From a virus (taxonomy: Duplodnaviria; Caudoviricetes): a stretch of DNA of 64,000 nt. Of the stretch, positions 1 to 9,906 are shown piece by piece; position 1 is the first letter of the stretch; each line of letters opens with the position of its first letter. The notes beneath the pieces are model-generated. The model ran no database searches. It saw only the letters and a program-made list of their open reading frames with translations, and was not told where the DNA came from. The translations under genes were made by a program, and so were the position numbers. The stretch lies in the IMG/VR virus record IMGVR_UViG_3300031998_000004, one strand, 5' to 3'.

Positions 1-48
1 AAACAGTTCTTCTTTTGTAATCGGAAAATTTTTAGTGGTGTCTTTCAT
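1..48 (-). CDS. 5' end of a gene running off the window (MKDTTKNFSDYKRRTV...)
   Basis: ATG at 48 preceded by the recurrent TTATTATTTATAC motif; frame open to position 1. Confidence 0.55.
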   Translation of the reverse strand, partial: MKDTTKNFPITKEELF

Positions 49-134
49 GTATAAATAATAATAAAACAACCAATAAAAATAAATCAACCCACAGCCACCC
101 GAGAATTTCAATCCAATAAAAAAAAAGAGATTGA

Positions 135-2279
135 TTACTCAACCTCTTTACTATAGATTCGTTTTGATTCTTCTATCTTTCGAGCATTTTCAAAGTTTTT
201 GACGGGGCGGAGATAACCAATAATTCTCGTCCAATCGGTTACTTCCTCCGATCCACACACAGGACAAACACTAAAATGTCTCTTTTCAATATGATTGCAA
301 TGATCACAGGAACATTGCTTTATATTAAAAGTATAGTAGTTTGTACCTTCACCAATTGCAAAATCCATCAACTTTAAGTATTGTTCTTTTGAAAGATGTG
401 AATCCAGGTTGATGTGGCACCCAACACCACCAGAAAGATTCTTTACAAAATCTCTACCGTGCATTCTGAGTTTATCAAGAACTGAAGTCTTGGGGTCATC
501 TGCAAGATAAAAATATGAATTGTAAAGAACTCTATCTTTAGGTACCCAATATCCATCTTCTCTGTCCCAGTTATAATTCTTTCCACCAAGGCTTTCTGCT
601 GGCACAAACTCAAGATTCATCTTGTATTTTTTATCCATTATCTTGTCTTCTTCTCTTGAGATCAGTCCGGTCAGATATTGACAAAATTCTTTATAATCAT
701 CATTACAACTACATTTCAAACCAACATATTCTGCAGCTTCATTAAATCCATTAACCCCTATTGTAGAGAACAATTTGTCCATTGTGATATATCCCGCCGT
801 TGATGCAGACAACATTCCTTTCTTCTCTACATCATACAGAAGATTTTTATAAGCGATATGATATTTGATGACTCTGTTAACAATATCGCAAAAATATGAT
901 TCAAACTCATTTGTTTTGTAATTGCGCCTTTTAACAACAGGGTCTCCATTCCCAATGGATCTAAAATAATTTTGAATTATTCTGTTAAGATTTAACGTAA
1001 TTACATTACACGACCCAGTGGCCACACCAGAGAGTCCGTTGGTAAAACTAAATTCTTTGGCGTCCGGTGACAGGGAATTGCGAAGCCTGCAACAGCTGGC
1101 CAGTGAGTCAGGACTATCAGAGAGATATAAGAAAAACGAATGCCCTTCTGACCACATTTCAGCGGTGAAGTTTTTGTATTCTTTATCAATAACATCTTGG
1201 CCATCTGTGAGAAGAGCCATAGTTTCAACAGGGAATGTGAGAAGCGTCTTGCTTCTTTCATTATTAAACCACTTCATAAAATCTTTTTGTAACCAACTTA
1301 CTCTTTCCCAAGATGGTTGTGTTCCGTCAGGAAAATAAAAGTTATCAAAAAGAGAATGCCAATAACCAGAATCATAATAAGAAATATTGGTGAATGGACT
1401 TTGGCTAGATCTGTTTCCGCTTGGTTGATTCCAGCAATAAATCACTTGTTGGAATGCCTGATGAATTTTTCCGTGTATGGTTTTTCTATTTTTTACAAAC
1501 TCGGTATCCGCCCAATCATCAAGATGATTTATGTAATCATCCCCAAATTCTTTTGTGCAGAAATAATCAAAGAAATTAAAAAACTCACCAAAAGCAACAG
1601 CACCTTTACATTGACTCGCTAAGAGAAATGTTAAATTAACCAATTGACCACAAAATGAATTGAGATTTTTTGGAGCAACAATATTCAAACCATCCATATT
1701 TTTGGTTCCATCAATCAACAATGGATACAGAGTAACTGCTTCACAATAATTCTTTACTGAAGGAGAAGACGCCTCATCATGGATATAAATAATGTGATTG
1801 TTTATATCCTTCTCATATTGATCTGCAACCTCTGGTGATGTTTTCTTTAATTCGCGACGCATTCTGTATCTATGACTTGCTCTGTTTGTGGTTTTATATA
1901 CCTCACCATCGAGATTTGATACATTTTTGTTTGTAACGTTTGCATTTGGATCTGTTTCTGAAGAGGATGCGGCATTATCAGACGAATCCATATATTCATC
2001 CATATATTTGATTCTGTTTTTTATAAAAGACAGATCTTCTCCATGTTTTATATATGAACGCGCTACTTTTTTATTGATAGACATCAGCTGATCCTCAACC
2101 ATTTCACGAATGTCTGCTGTGGATATTCCATCGAATATATCCAAGTTATTGACGATATCGTTAGCCAATCCTTCATCATATTTTTGTTTAGAATGTTTAT
2201 AGGCAGCATATATGCCACTTTTTACTTTACTGGGCTCGTAAAGTTCATACGAACCGTCACTCTTTCTAACATTAATCAT
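135..2279 (-). CDS. nrdD: Anaerobic ribonucleoside-triphosphate reductase (class III) with N-terminal ATP cone
   Basis: ATP cone (VRKSDG...KVKSGI), SCCRL active-site loop, CxxC..CxxC Zn site, C-terminal glycyl-radical motif RIIGYL. Confidence 0.95.
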   Translation of the reverse strand: MINVRKSDGSYELYEPSKVKSGIYAAYKHSKQKYDEGLANDIVNNLDIFDGISTADIREMVEDQLMSINKKVARSYIKHGEDLSFIKNRIKYMDEYMDSSDNAASSSETDPNANVTNKNVSNLDGEVYKTTNRASHRYRMRRELKKTSPEVADQYEKDINNHIIYIHDEASSPSVKNYCEAVTLYPLLIDGTKNMDGLNIVAPKNLNSFCGQLVNLTFLLASQCKGAVAFGEFFNFFDYFCTKEFGDDYINHLDDWADTEFVKNRKTIHGKIHQAFQQVIYCWNQPSGNRSSQSPFTNISYYDSGYWHSLFDNFYFPDGTQPSWERVSWLQKDFMKWFNNERSKTLLTFPVETMALLTDGQDVIDKEYKNFTAEMWSEGHSFFLYLSDSPDSLASCCRLRNSLSPDAKEFSFTNGLSGVATGSCNVITLNLNRIIQNYFRSIGNGDPVVKRRNYKTNEFESYFCDIVNRVIKYHIAYKNLLYDVEKKGMLSASTAGYITMDKLFSTIGVNGFNEAAEYVGLKCSCNDDYKEFCQYLTGLISREEDKIMDKKYKMNLEFVPAESLGGKNYNWDREDGYWVPKDRVLYNSYFYLADDPKTSVLDKLRMHGRDFVKNLSGGVGCHINLDSHLSKEQYLKLMDFAIGEGTNYYTFNIKQCSCDHCNHIEKRHFSVCPVCGSEEVTDWTRIIGYLRPVKNFENARKIEESKRIYSKEVE

Positions 2280-2359
2280 ATTGTAAAATATTTAATTTTC
2301 TGAGAAAAAATAGAGGCACCTGTAAAAACAACTGCCTCTGGTAAGGTATTTATTATGAA

Positions 2360-2830
2360 TTATTTACGTACAAATTTAAGATTTAAGTTTTGACAGGGGA
2401 AGATTTGTATTTCATCAAAGTCCCCATCTAACATATTTTGTTCCTGCCCAACCACATACCGGCCGTTCTTATAAATCTGAACAGAAACATGTTTATACTT
2501 CTCTGATAGGCTCGCTTGATAATATGGATGTAATATCAAATTAAGATAATCCTTAAAGAGGTCTGTGGTCTCAGTATCCGGAGTAAATTTAATCTCATTA
2601 ATTATTTTTAATAGCCCTCTGTATATTGTTTCATTCTCCGTATCACATTTAATTTTAGATTCTTTTCTAATTCTAACGGCACTCATATATTTTGAAAAGA
2701 ATATCGTGTTGTGATCACTAAAATATGTATTTAATATTGGAGATTCAACCAACTTAAATACGTCACCAAAGGTTAGATCTTTAGTGATATTCTTTTCTGT
2801 GTCAAATAGGCTTTCTACTAAACTCTTCAT
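2360..2830 (-). CDS. Hypothetical protein with CTS-like N-terminus (MKSLVESLFD)
   Basis: 156-aa ORF overlapping the upstream stop; shared N-terminal motif. Confidence 0.75.
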   Translation of the reverse strand: MKSLVESLFDTEKNITKDLTFGDVFKLVESPILNTYFSDHNTIFFSKYMSAVRIRKESKIKCDTENETIYRGLLKIINEIKFTPDTETTDLFKDYLNLILHPYYQASLSEKYKHVSVQIYKNGRYVVGQEQNMLDGDFDEIQIFPCQNLNLKFVRK

Positions 2831-3342
2831 GACTTTACTTTGTCCTTTTGGTATAGACGTTCCTTATACCAACCAGGGAGTTTTTTAAGGGAATCACAAT
2901 CATCAAACATACCATATATGTATTTTAGTTTACGGGGATTCCATTTCTCCAGATTTTGATTGAAACGTTCACATCCCTCAAACATGGATTCTGCATCTTT
3001 AAGATTACTTACATCCCACCCAGATATATCACAGTTAAAATACTTACAATTACAGAACATTTCATACATGCATGTTACTTTCTTTGTATTCCACTTTGAG
3101 ACATCATAGTTGTACAAATAATACGGTATATCACTTTCGGGATCATAGAATATATGTCCCATATCATCAACATCTTTGGTGTTTATCCAATTGAGATCAA
3201 CAGTTTCTCCTTCTTTGGGGTTAACTGTTTTTAAGTATTCGTATACAGTCTGGTGTAACTCCTCCCAAGACTTTGGGTGAGCATTAAATGTGTCTTTAGA
3301 AATCAAATCCTTATCAAACAAACTCTCTGCTAAACTCTTCAT
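2827..3342 (-). CDS. DUF285/BspA-type repeat protein with CTS-like N-terminus
   Basis: Repeats WNTKKVTCMYEMF..C..FN.DIS.WDVSN; likely start MKSLAESLFD at 3342. Confidence 0.8.
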   Translation of the reverse strand: MKSLAESLFDKDLISKDTFNAHPKSWEELHQTVYEYLKTVNPKEGETVDLNWINTKDVDDMGHIFYDPESDIPYYLYNYDVSKWNTKKVTCMYEMFCNCKYFNCDISGWDVSNLKDAESMFEGCERFNQNLEKWNPRKLKYIYGMFDDCDSLKKLPGWYKERLYQKDKVKS

Positions 3343-3382
3343 ACTAAACAATAAATTATTTAGATCTTTGATAATCAATTCA

Positions 3383-5083
3383 TTATCTTACTGCATAACC
3401 ATGTCCATCGAGGATTGGACGAGCCAAGTCATTGATGACACATTGTTCGTGATTAGTTGTATACTTTATAGTTTCCTTCAATATGTCTTCGTCAGACATC
3501 CAGCCACGATAGTATTTAATATTAGTCATAGCCACAGGCCACCCATGGATCTGACATTGTCCTTCAGAAATGAAATTACCCACAGTTTCGTTAGTGACAT
3601 TATTGGCGGAGTTCTTCTTTAAAACGTATGAAAGATTAAATGCTTTATTAAAGTCTCCTGTTTGATTAAATATGGGATTCTCAAAGTCCCACCAATACAT
3701 TTCTGGTTTTAAAAGATAAGGAGGCATGTCACTACGATGAACATAAAGATATACATTCATATCAATAGTTAGGTTACGGGCATTCCATTTGAGAATAACC
3801 ATATACGTACTAAACGGCTCAAGTTCTGCAGTAAAATCACTCCAAGATAAATAGAATTTTTCTCCATCCGAATTAACTGTAACGCTTATATCACCAAACC
3901 GCAATATTTCTTTTTCTGACAATACGGAAGGGTCACCGGGTGTCTCTATTATAAATGACAACCACCCAGCCTCTCCACATATAGGTTCTTGATAAATAAC
4001 ACAACCGTTTTCGTTTTTGAATCTATATATATTTCTTGCAGTTATATTATTGTGGTGACAATACAATTTATCTTGTACTGTTATATAATCTATTTGATTG
4101 TATTCGTTTGCCGATATTTGTTTTCTTACAGCATCCTCCATAAATATATCATATAAGTTTGTTGCCGAGAATCGTGGTGAACTCAACTGTGGGCTACCAC
4201 TCTCTCTTTCTTGCTCAATAGTTTCTTTCTCACCAAATGTATCTTCATACTTATTCACAAGCCATCCATCAATTAAGTCGCTAAAGTCTCCCTTATCCAC
4301 ATTAGTCTTTTCATTATATTTGACTAAAGCTAATTTCCATGTAGTAGGTCTCCATAAGAGTCCTTCATTCTTTTCATCGTATGCGCTGTTAACTTCCCAT
4401 AACCTCTTCATGAGTGGAACATAGACAAGGTCTCGTTGTTTTGGAAATGCTGTATCACCAAATGCTCTCGCAAACTGACTCTTACTTAACTCAGTCTCCC
4501 AGTCAATTTCCCAATCAAAATCAAAATCTGTGAGTTTTGGATTACTGGAAGGCATAGTACCATCAGGAATCATGAGTTTCATTTGTTTGATATCAACAAC
4601 ATTATGTAACGTCCACTCCTTGAAAGTATAGTCAACAGATTCTGGATTTGGAGTCACTCGTAAGTAGTAAATGGGAATACCCAACATACATATAATTGAA
4701 TCAGCCATTTGTTGTTGCAACTCTAATGCACAATCAAGCCCCGTATATGGTTGGAAGAGATTACTTCCTTCACAAAAATCCTTTAAGAATGCATTACTCT
4801 GATCAAAGCAGATACTATAACAATTAGTAAGCATACCATTATAGTACACTTTACTCAATCCACCAAAGATTAAGATTCTCAAAAAGTAATCACTTTCGAG
4901 ATTCTTTGCAAGTGTATTATACTGCATCCAACTAACCCAACTTGTCCAACAAGCCCCGTCAGTACTCCAACTGAACTGACACTCGGCTGTGACATCAACA
5001 TCAAGATTATCTACGATCTTTACAGGACCATAAACTACTGCTTCATTAAAGGTTATTATGCGTTTTATAGGACATCCAGTCAT
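3383..5083 (-). CDS. Neck / head-completion protein, T4 gp14-like with extra domains
   Basis: ADSIICMLGIPIYYL and PKQRDLVYVPLMKRLWEV resemble gp14 motifs. Confidence 0.7.
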   Translation of the reverse strand: MTGCPIKRIITFNEAVVYGPVKIVDNLDVDVTAECQFSWSTDGACWTSWVSWMQYNTLAKNLESDYFLRILIFGGLSKVYYNGMLTNCYSICFDQSNAFLKDFCEGSNLFQPYTGLDCALELQQQMADSIICMLGIPIYYLRVTPNPESVDYTFKEWTLHNVVDIKQMKLMIPDGTMPSSNPKLTDFDFDWEIDWETELSKSQFARAFGDTAFPKQRDLVYVPLMKRLWEVNSAYDEKNEGLLWRPTTWKLALVKYNEKTNVDKGDFSDLIDGWLVNKYEDTFGEKETIEQERESGSPQLSSPRFSATNLYDIFMEDAVRKQISANEYNQIDYITVQDKLYCHHNNITARNIYRFKNENGCVIYQEPICGEAGWLSFIIETPGDPSVLSEKEILRFGDISVTVNSDGEKFYLSWSDFTAELEPFSTYMVILKWNARNLTIDMNVYLYVHRSDMPPYLLKPEMYWWDFENPIFNQTGDFNKAFNLSYVLKKNSANNVTNETVGNFISEGQCQIHGWPVAMTNIKYYRGWMSDEDILKETIKYTTNHEQCVINDLARPILDGHGYAVR

Positions 5084-5086
5084 GTA

Positions 5087-5096
5087 TAAATAATAA
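5087..5096 (-). promoter_or_regulatory. Recurrent putative late-promoter motif TTATTATTTA
   Basis: Same or near-identical motif at 52-61, 6754-6763, 8793-8802, 15660-15669, 17639-17647, 19441-19450, 27618-27627, 45933-45942, 55423-55432, 62365-62373 (minus) and 30108-30117, 62471-62480 (plus), each upstream of a start codon. Confidence 0.7.
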
Positions 5097-5127
5097 AGGA
5101 GACCCTTGTGGATCTCCCGTATCTTTT

Positions 5128-5529
5128 TTATACAACCTCACTTGCTAGCTTTTGAGGATCACTTATCTTGAAGACATATTCCGATGGTCTACTTATTCTT
5201 TCAATTGATTCAGACCATGAATACCTACCTTCTTTTGGAAGGAAAAGAGCGATACTTACTTGTTTCTTTACAGCAATTGCTTTCCCTATATTAAGTCTCT
5301 TTCCTGTTCCCCAATGACCACCAGCATCCAAGAACACCACCCAATCACCGGGTTCAACCTTCCTACCGAGACAATCACATCCCGTTCCACTAATAGTTAC
5401 GCCGCCGTTACCAACAAGCCAATCAATTAATTGTTTCTCCCAGTTGGGTCCACTTTCGATGTTCTTATCAAGATCAAAGACGCTCTCGTCAACAGTAGCA
5501 TCTGATATGTATTCTTTAATGTCTTTCAT
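5128..5529 (-). CDS. Hypothetical protein, CTS-like N-terminus (MKDIKEYISD..DESVFD)
   Basis: ORF track; D.LGRKVEPGDWV motif; start revised to 5529. Confidence 0.7.
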   Translation of the reverse strand: MKDIKEYISDATVDESVFDLDKNIESGPNWEKQLIDWLVGNGGVTISGTGCDCLGRKVEPGDWVVFLDAGGHWGTGKRLNIGKAIAVKKQVSIALFLPKEGRYSWSESIERISRPSEYVFKISDPQKLASEVV

Positions 5530-5565
5530 ATTATCTTCCTTTTGTATATTTATTTTTGCCATTTC

Positions 5566-6099
5566 TTATACGAATATATTTTCAATTACATTTCCACCCA
5601 TATCATATACAATACCTCCACAGAGTTCAGGATGCTTATTAACCATCTTTTTAATAATTGGTTCAGCTTCGCGGATGGCTTTATTATCCTCGCGCGCTTT
5701 AAGAATAACCCTATCATAGTCTGCCTCTGTAGCACTATCATGGAGTTCGTCTTCGTCCACATCACCATTTTCATAGTCAGTCAGAACATCAGGATCGTAC
5801 TGAATAAATGCCACCTCGAACCCGTCTTGTGCTTCATTTAAAGACTCTGTGCAAACTTCTATATCATTTCTCTTAATAACATCATTGTCTAGGATAAAGT
5901 ATGAAGCAATGAAAAGTTTTTTACAATCATCTCCTTCTTTTTTATATACCGCCCAATTGTTTTTTGATGTTTTATGAACACATATATCTTTCATATCAAT
6001 GTTTGGATCATATGCTTTACACATACCAACAAACTCGCGATATTTGCGTTCACATCTATCAATATTGCCTTCGTTTATTATTTGAGCTAAATGTTTCAT
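5566..6099 (-). CDS. Hypothetical acidic protein, CTS-like N-terminus (MKHLAQIINEG)
   Basis: ORF track; shared motif. Confidence 0.7.
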   Translation of the reverse strand: MKHLAQIINEGNIDRCERKYREFVGMCKAYDPNIDMKDICVHKTSKNNWAVYKKEGDDCKKLFIASYFILDNDVIKRNDIEVCTESLNEAQDGFEVAFIQYDPDVLTDYENGDVDEDELHDSATEADYDRVILKAREDNKAIREAEPIIKKMVNKHPELCGGIVYDMGGNVIENIFV

Positions 6100-6117
6100 A
6101 TTCAATTAATTATATAT

Positions 6118-6750
6118 TTATTTCTTATCTTCATAAATAAAAAGAGTTACTTGAATACTATATTTTTCTTCGTTATAACTAGCTTTATCTGCAATCACAT
6201 TCCAAAGAGCCACTTTCCATCCATCAATATTCATAGTCGGTCTAGTATGTAACTGATTCAAATCTCTACCAGACAATACAATTTCTTGTTCATCCGTTAC
6301 AAATGGTACATTTGAAAAGTCTTTCGTCTTGAAGAAATCCACGAGTGTTAAATACATCTTATTGATATATTCATACTCTGGCATTTTCTTATTTATGTTG
6401 TTATCAAACACACTTTCTTCAATAGTTGTATTAAATAATTGTTCTATTGCTCGTGAAAGCGTGGACTTATTTATATTATTAGAGCCAAGATCAAGAGTGG
6501 TCATCAATACTATTTTATAACCGACATACTTGGTATTCTCACTTTTGTATCTTACAATATCCCCTTTATTCCACCACCATTTTCCAGCATCCACCTTTTC
6601 CCAACTTGATAGATTATTATCTTTATGATTTGGCCATTTTGGTAAAGTATCTACTAGTTCATCACATACTTCAGTTGCGACCTCTTTGTAGTTATCACTG
6701 GTCTTCCAGCGCCTCAATGCTTCGAATATGTAATTTACTAAATGCTTCAT
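6118..6750 (-). CDS. Hypothetical protein, CTS-like N-terminus (MKHLVNYIFEA)
   Basis: ORF track; promoter motif directly upstream; internal EESVFDNNI. Confidence 0.75.
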   Translation of the reverse strand: MKHLVNYIFEALRRWKTSDNYKEVATEVCDELVDTLPKWPNHKDNNLSSWEKVDAGKWWWNKGDIVRYKSENTKYVGYKIVLMTTLDLGSNNINKSTLSRAIEQLFNTTIEESVFDNNINKKMPEYEYINKMYLTLVDFFKTKDFSNVPFVTDEQEIVLSGRDLNQLHTRPTMNIDGWKVALWNVIADKASYNEEKYSIQVTLFIYEDKK

Positions 6751-6764
6751 GTATAAATAATAAA

Positions 6765-6783
6765 GGAGATCATTTAGATCTCC
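6765..6783 (-). terminator. Intrinsic terminator after portal gene
   Basis: GGAGATC-N5-GATCTCC hairpin followed by TTT on minus strand. Confidence 0.6.
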
Positions 6784-6794
6784 TAGATTTGAAT

Positions 6795-8789
6795 TTATTC
6801 TTCTTCGGAAGATTTCTTCTTTTTCTTTTTCTTTGTTTGTTTTTGATCGTCATCCTCAACAGGTTTGTTCTCTTTTTTCTTTTCTGCTTCTTTCTTTTGT
6901 TTATCCTTAATGAGATCTTCTACAACAAGTTTTAGTGAATCATCTTGAAGAAGTTTTTCTGTTATGTTTGCTGCTATCTTATTCACTATAGATTCCCAAT
7001 CATAGTTATCGCCATTTACCCTATCCAAGGCAGCAGAACCCTGATCCAAGGCAGCAGCGCCCTTATCTGCAGCAGCCATAGCTTCAGCATCAGATGCTTC
7101 GCCACCAGCGAGATGAAGTTCTTCAATTTCATCTTGTTTGAGTTTGTTATTGAGTTTGAGGTCTTGATCTGATAATTTCAGGTATTTCTTCACCAAGAAC
7201 TCAGATGAGAAGTACTTAATTTCATTTCCTTCAACATCCATATCAATCATACTGTCTTTCATTGTTTGGATATGGTCGACGCGCTTTTGCATCAACTCTA
7301 ATTCCATCATCTCTTCAAACAGATTGTAACTCTTAAACTGAAGGCTCACGGCTTCAAGAATTTGTTTATTCTCTTGTAGCTCTGGAATATCAAGTGCAAG
7401 CTGAATCTTAAGGGGTTTAAGCATAATTTGTGCAAATTGATTACGAAGTCTATTCACAAATCTTGCAAAGTCAATCTCAATCCTTGCAGTGTTTGTTGCA
7501 TCCGTACCAAACCATGTCTCACCACTTTCTTGGTCAAACCTACTGAGAGGAATCTTAGAAATCTTATAAAGTTGGTTCTTGAAGTACTTCAACTGATCGT
7601 TATCATTGAGATCAGGACCATCACCACCGATACTCTCAATCTGTGGGCTACCACTATCACCTTCGGGCATCCAATACTCTTTATTGAATGGCATTGTCGC
7701 CTGTCCGTTAATTGTCAATTCGCCAGTATCGCCAATGAACTTGATATCTTCTTTATATCTATTCATTGCACTCATAACAGTTTGTTGACCAGTGGCTTTG
7801 TTCATACCCTTAATAGGAATAGTGAACTTCATCTTATAGGAACTGTTAGTAATTGTCCAAATAAGTTGAGCCTGCTCAACAATACGATAGATATTAAACG
7901 GACGAATAAGTCTCTCGAGATAACTCACGCGCGAAATAGCATTGGTTTCTTGATATGCTATATAAATAACCTGACTATCAAGAAGAGTACGTTCACGTCC
8001 TTGAATACCCTTAAACTGCACCCAATACCATTTACCATTTTCATATTTTCTAGTGAGCGTGGCAGCATCAAGTGGAACAAGCCCAATGATTCTTGTAGGC
8101 TTCTCAAGCGAGTCATACACAATTTCCCAACTTAAGTTACCTTCAACTAACCATCTCTTAAAATCATCCCATGCATTATACTTCCAATTCAACATCTTAT
8201 AAAAACGACGAAAATGAGTATTCATAGAATCCTCTACTTTCTTCGCAGCTTCTTTAGCAAGATCTTGTATCTCAAGTGGTTCAATAAATGGTTCTGCAAA
8301 ATAAGTCAAATCACCATCATACACGATGCCTTCATTTGACATTGTATCCAGGATATCTTCAAGTTCTGGTTGAACTGCAAGTTTACGGAGAGCTTCTCTC
8401 TTCTGTGCATAATCCTTTTCAAAGAAGTTTTTATCAGCATTACTCTTTACCTTCCAAGAATTAATCATTTGATTGAATAAGTCTTGATTCTCGAGCTGTG
8501 TTTCTTTAGGAAGGAGATTCTTATCTGCAGGGATAGCGCGCATGTTTTTTACAACATCGTCTTCATAGTCCATTCCCCAACGGGCCATGTTAGAAAAGAA
8601 CTTTGCGATGGTTCTCTTCTTTTTCTTCTGCTCCTGTTCCTGTGCATATCTTGGACGGAAGTTTGTAGTTACATTAAATCCTGGTATATTCTTTGGATCA
8701 AGTGGTTGCCCGAGTTCATATCCTTCTCCAATAAACACACTACTGCCATCGCTTCCTGGTTTTCTTTCTATTTGAGTAGATTCATTCAT
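6795..8789 (-). CDS. Portal protein, T4 gp20-like
   Basis: PELEDILD..NE, SYLERLIRPFN, EYWMPEGD.G.PQIESIGG, YFKNQLYKISKIPLSRF, R.EI.FARFVNRLR. Confidence 0.92.
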   Translation of the reverse strand: MNESTQIERKPGSDGSSVFIGEGYELGQPLDPKNIPGFNVTTNFRPRYAQEQEQKKKKRTIAKFFSNMARWGMDYEDDVVKNMRAIPADKNLLPKETQLENQDLFNQMINSWKVKSNADKNFFEKDYAQKREALRKLAVQPELEDILDTMSNEGIVYDGDLTYFAEPFIEPLEIQDLAKEAAKKVEDSMNTHFRRFYKMLNWKYNAWDDFKRWLVEGNLSWEIVYDSLEKPTRIIGLVPLDAATLTRKYENGKWYWVQFKGIQGRERTLLDSQVIYIAYQETNAISRVSYLERLIRPFNIYRIVEQAQLIWTITNSSYKMKFTIPIKGMNKATGQQTVMSAMNRYKEDIKFIGDTGELTINGQATMPFNKEYWMPEGDSGSPQIESIGGDGPDLNDNDQLKYFKNQLYKISKIPLSRFDQESGETWFGTDATNTARIEIDFARFVNRLRNQFAQIMLKPLKIQLALDIPELQENKQILEAVSLQFKSYNLFEEMMELELMQKRVDHIQTMKDSMIDMDVEGNEIKYFSSEFLVKKYLKLSDQDLKLNNKLKQDEIEELHLAGGEASDAEAMAAADKGAAALDQGSAALDRVNGDNYDWESIVNKIAANITEKLLQDDSLKLVVEDLIKDKQKKEAEKKKENKPVEDDDQKQTKKKKKKKSSEEE

Positions 8790-8821
8790 AGTTAAATAAT
8801 AACGGTATAGTTAACATAAAA

Positions 8822-8847
8822 AAAGAACTTTCAAAAGAAAGTTCTTT
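8822..8847. terminator. Intrinsic terminator
   Basis: AAAGAACTTT...AAAGTTCTTT inverted repeat with T/A tails. Confidence 0.65.
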
Positions 8848-8851
8848 TAAA

Positions 8852-9338
8852 TTAACTTAACCAACCTTTACTCTTCCACTTTTTAAATATTGATGAAAGT
8901 TTGGCTGTTGCTGGGCTATGTTTACGTATCCAAAGAGATAATCCATTTTGTTTATAGACTTTCATTACATCTTTAACAGGAACTGATACTGAATAAACCT
9001 CAATATCATATCCACCACGATCTCCAACCTGACCCCAATAGGCATAATCTACATTAATATCATCAACCTTATTCCAATTCACTTTACCAATTATTCTATC
9101 GAGATTCTTAGGAATAGACCAATGTTTGCCATCATCCCATTTTACCCCTCCGTTTGCACACATATACCCACTACAATCTTCTGGAGTCCATATGAGACAT
9201 ACATGATTCCTACCTTTCATATGAAAGATTATCATCAACATGTTCTTTTGATACAAGTGCAAGAACATGTACATTATCATCACTGGTAGCTGGACCAGTG
9301 AGCATTGCTTCGTTTACTATATCGGTTAGATGTTTCAT
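8852..9338 (-). pseudogene. Probable single gene split by a frameshift near 9215 (MKHLTDIVNEA...SYE / GRNHVCLIW...)
   Basis: CTS-like start at 9338 stops at 9210; adjacent frame continues to 8852; removing one A from GAAAGGT joins them. Confidence 0.5.
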
Positions 9339-9339
9339 A

Positions 9340-9906
9340 TTAGAATCTTCCGTATTTCTTTTCAATATATTTCCATGCTTCAACTGGATCATCAATGAAT
9401 GTCCTTGGAACGTCGGACCATTCATCATACTTATGGTTGCTCTCTTCTGCGCTCTTTGGTTCGATCCACTCAACTGGACGAAGGGTCTTACCAACACGAC
9501 TTGCAGCTGCGGTTACAAGGAATGACCATTCGAACATATTTATCGAGATGAATGGGTTATATACTACGACATAACCTTTAGGATTAACTCCACGAGAAGT
9601 GTCAAAGTAGAGCTCAAGAACGTTACCATCTTTGGTGATTTTTGACTTCTGCCATTGTTTGATGTTATTGTCAACCATTATCTTATCAACCTCAATCATT
9701 GACTTCATCTTCTTCGCTAACTCCTCAGGTTTTTCGCGACCTTCTTTTATACGAGCAATAAGAATATCCTCAACTGTTGAGTTCTTATTATAAGGCATTA
9801 ATATTCTTTTGAATATATATCTCAAATCCTCACCAGAGAGTATATCTGCAAAATCCTTAACGGGATCGAAAATAGATTCTTTTACATATGATACAAGATG
9901 TTTCAT
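9340..9906 (-). CDS. Hypothetical protein, CTS-like N-terminus (MKHLVSYVKESIFD)
   Basis: ORF track; shared motif. Confidence 0.75.
   Translation of the reverse strand: MKHLVSYVKESIFDPVKDFADILSGEDLRYIFKRILMPYNKNSTVEDILIARIKEGREKPEELAKKMKSMIEVDKIMVDNNIKQWQKSKITKDGNVLELYFDTSRGVNPKGYVVVYNPFISINMFEWSFLVTAAASRVGKTLRPVEWIEPKSAEESNHKYDEWSDVPRTFIDDPVEAWKYIEKKYGRF

Noticed and set aside
5085-5092. T4 late promoter TATAAATA on the plus strand
   Set aside because: It points away from the adjacent gene into a terminator and is absent from many copies; the conserved element is TTATTATTTA on the gene strand
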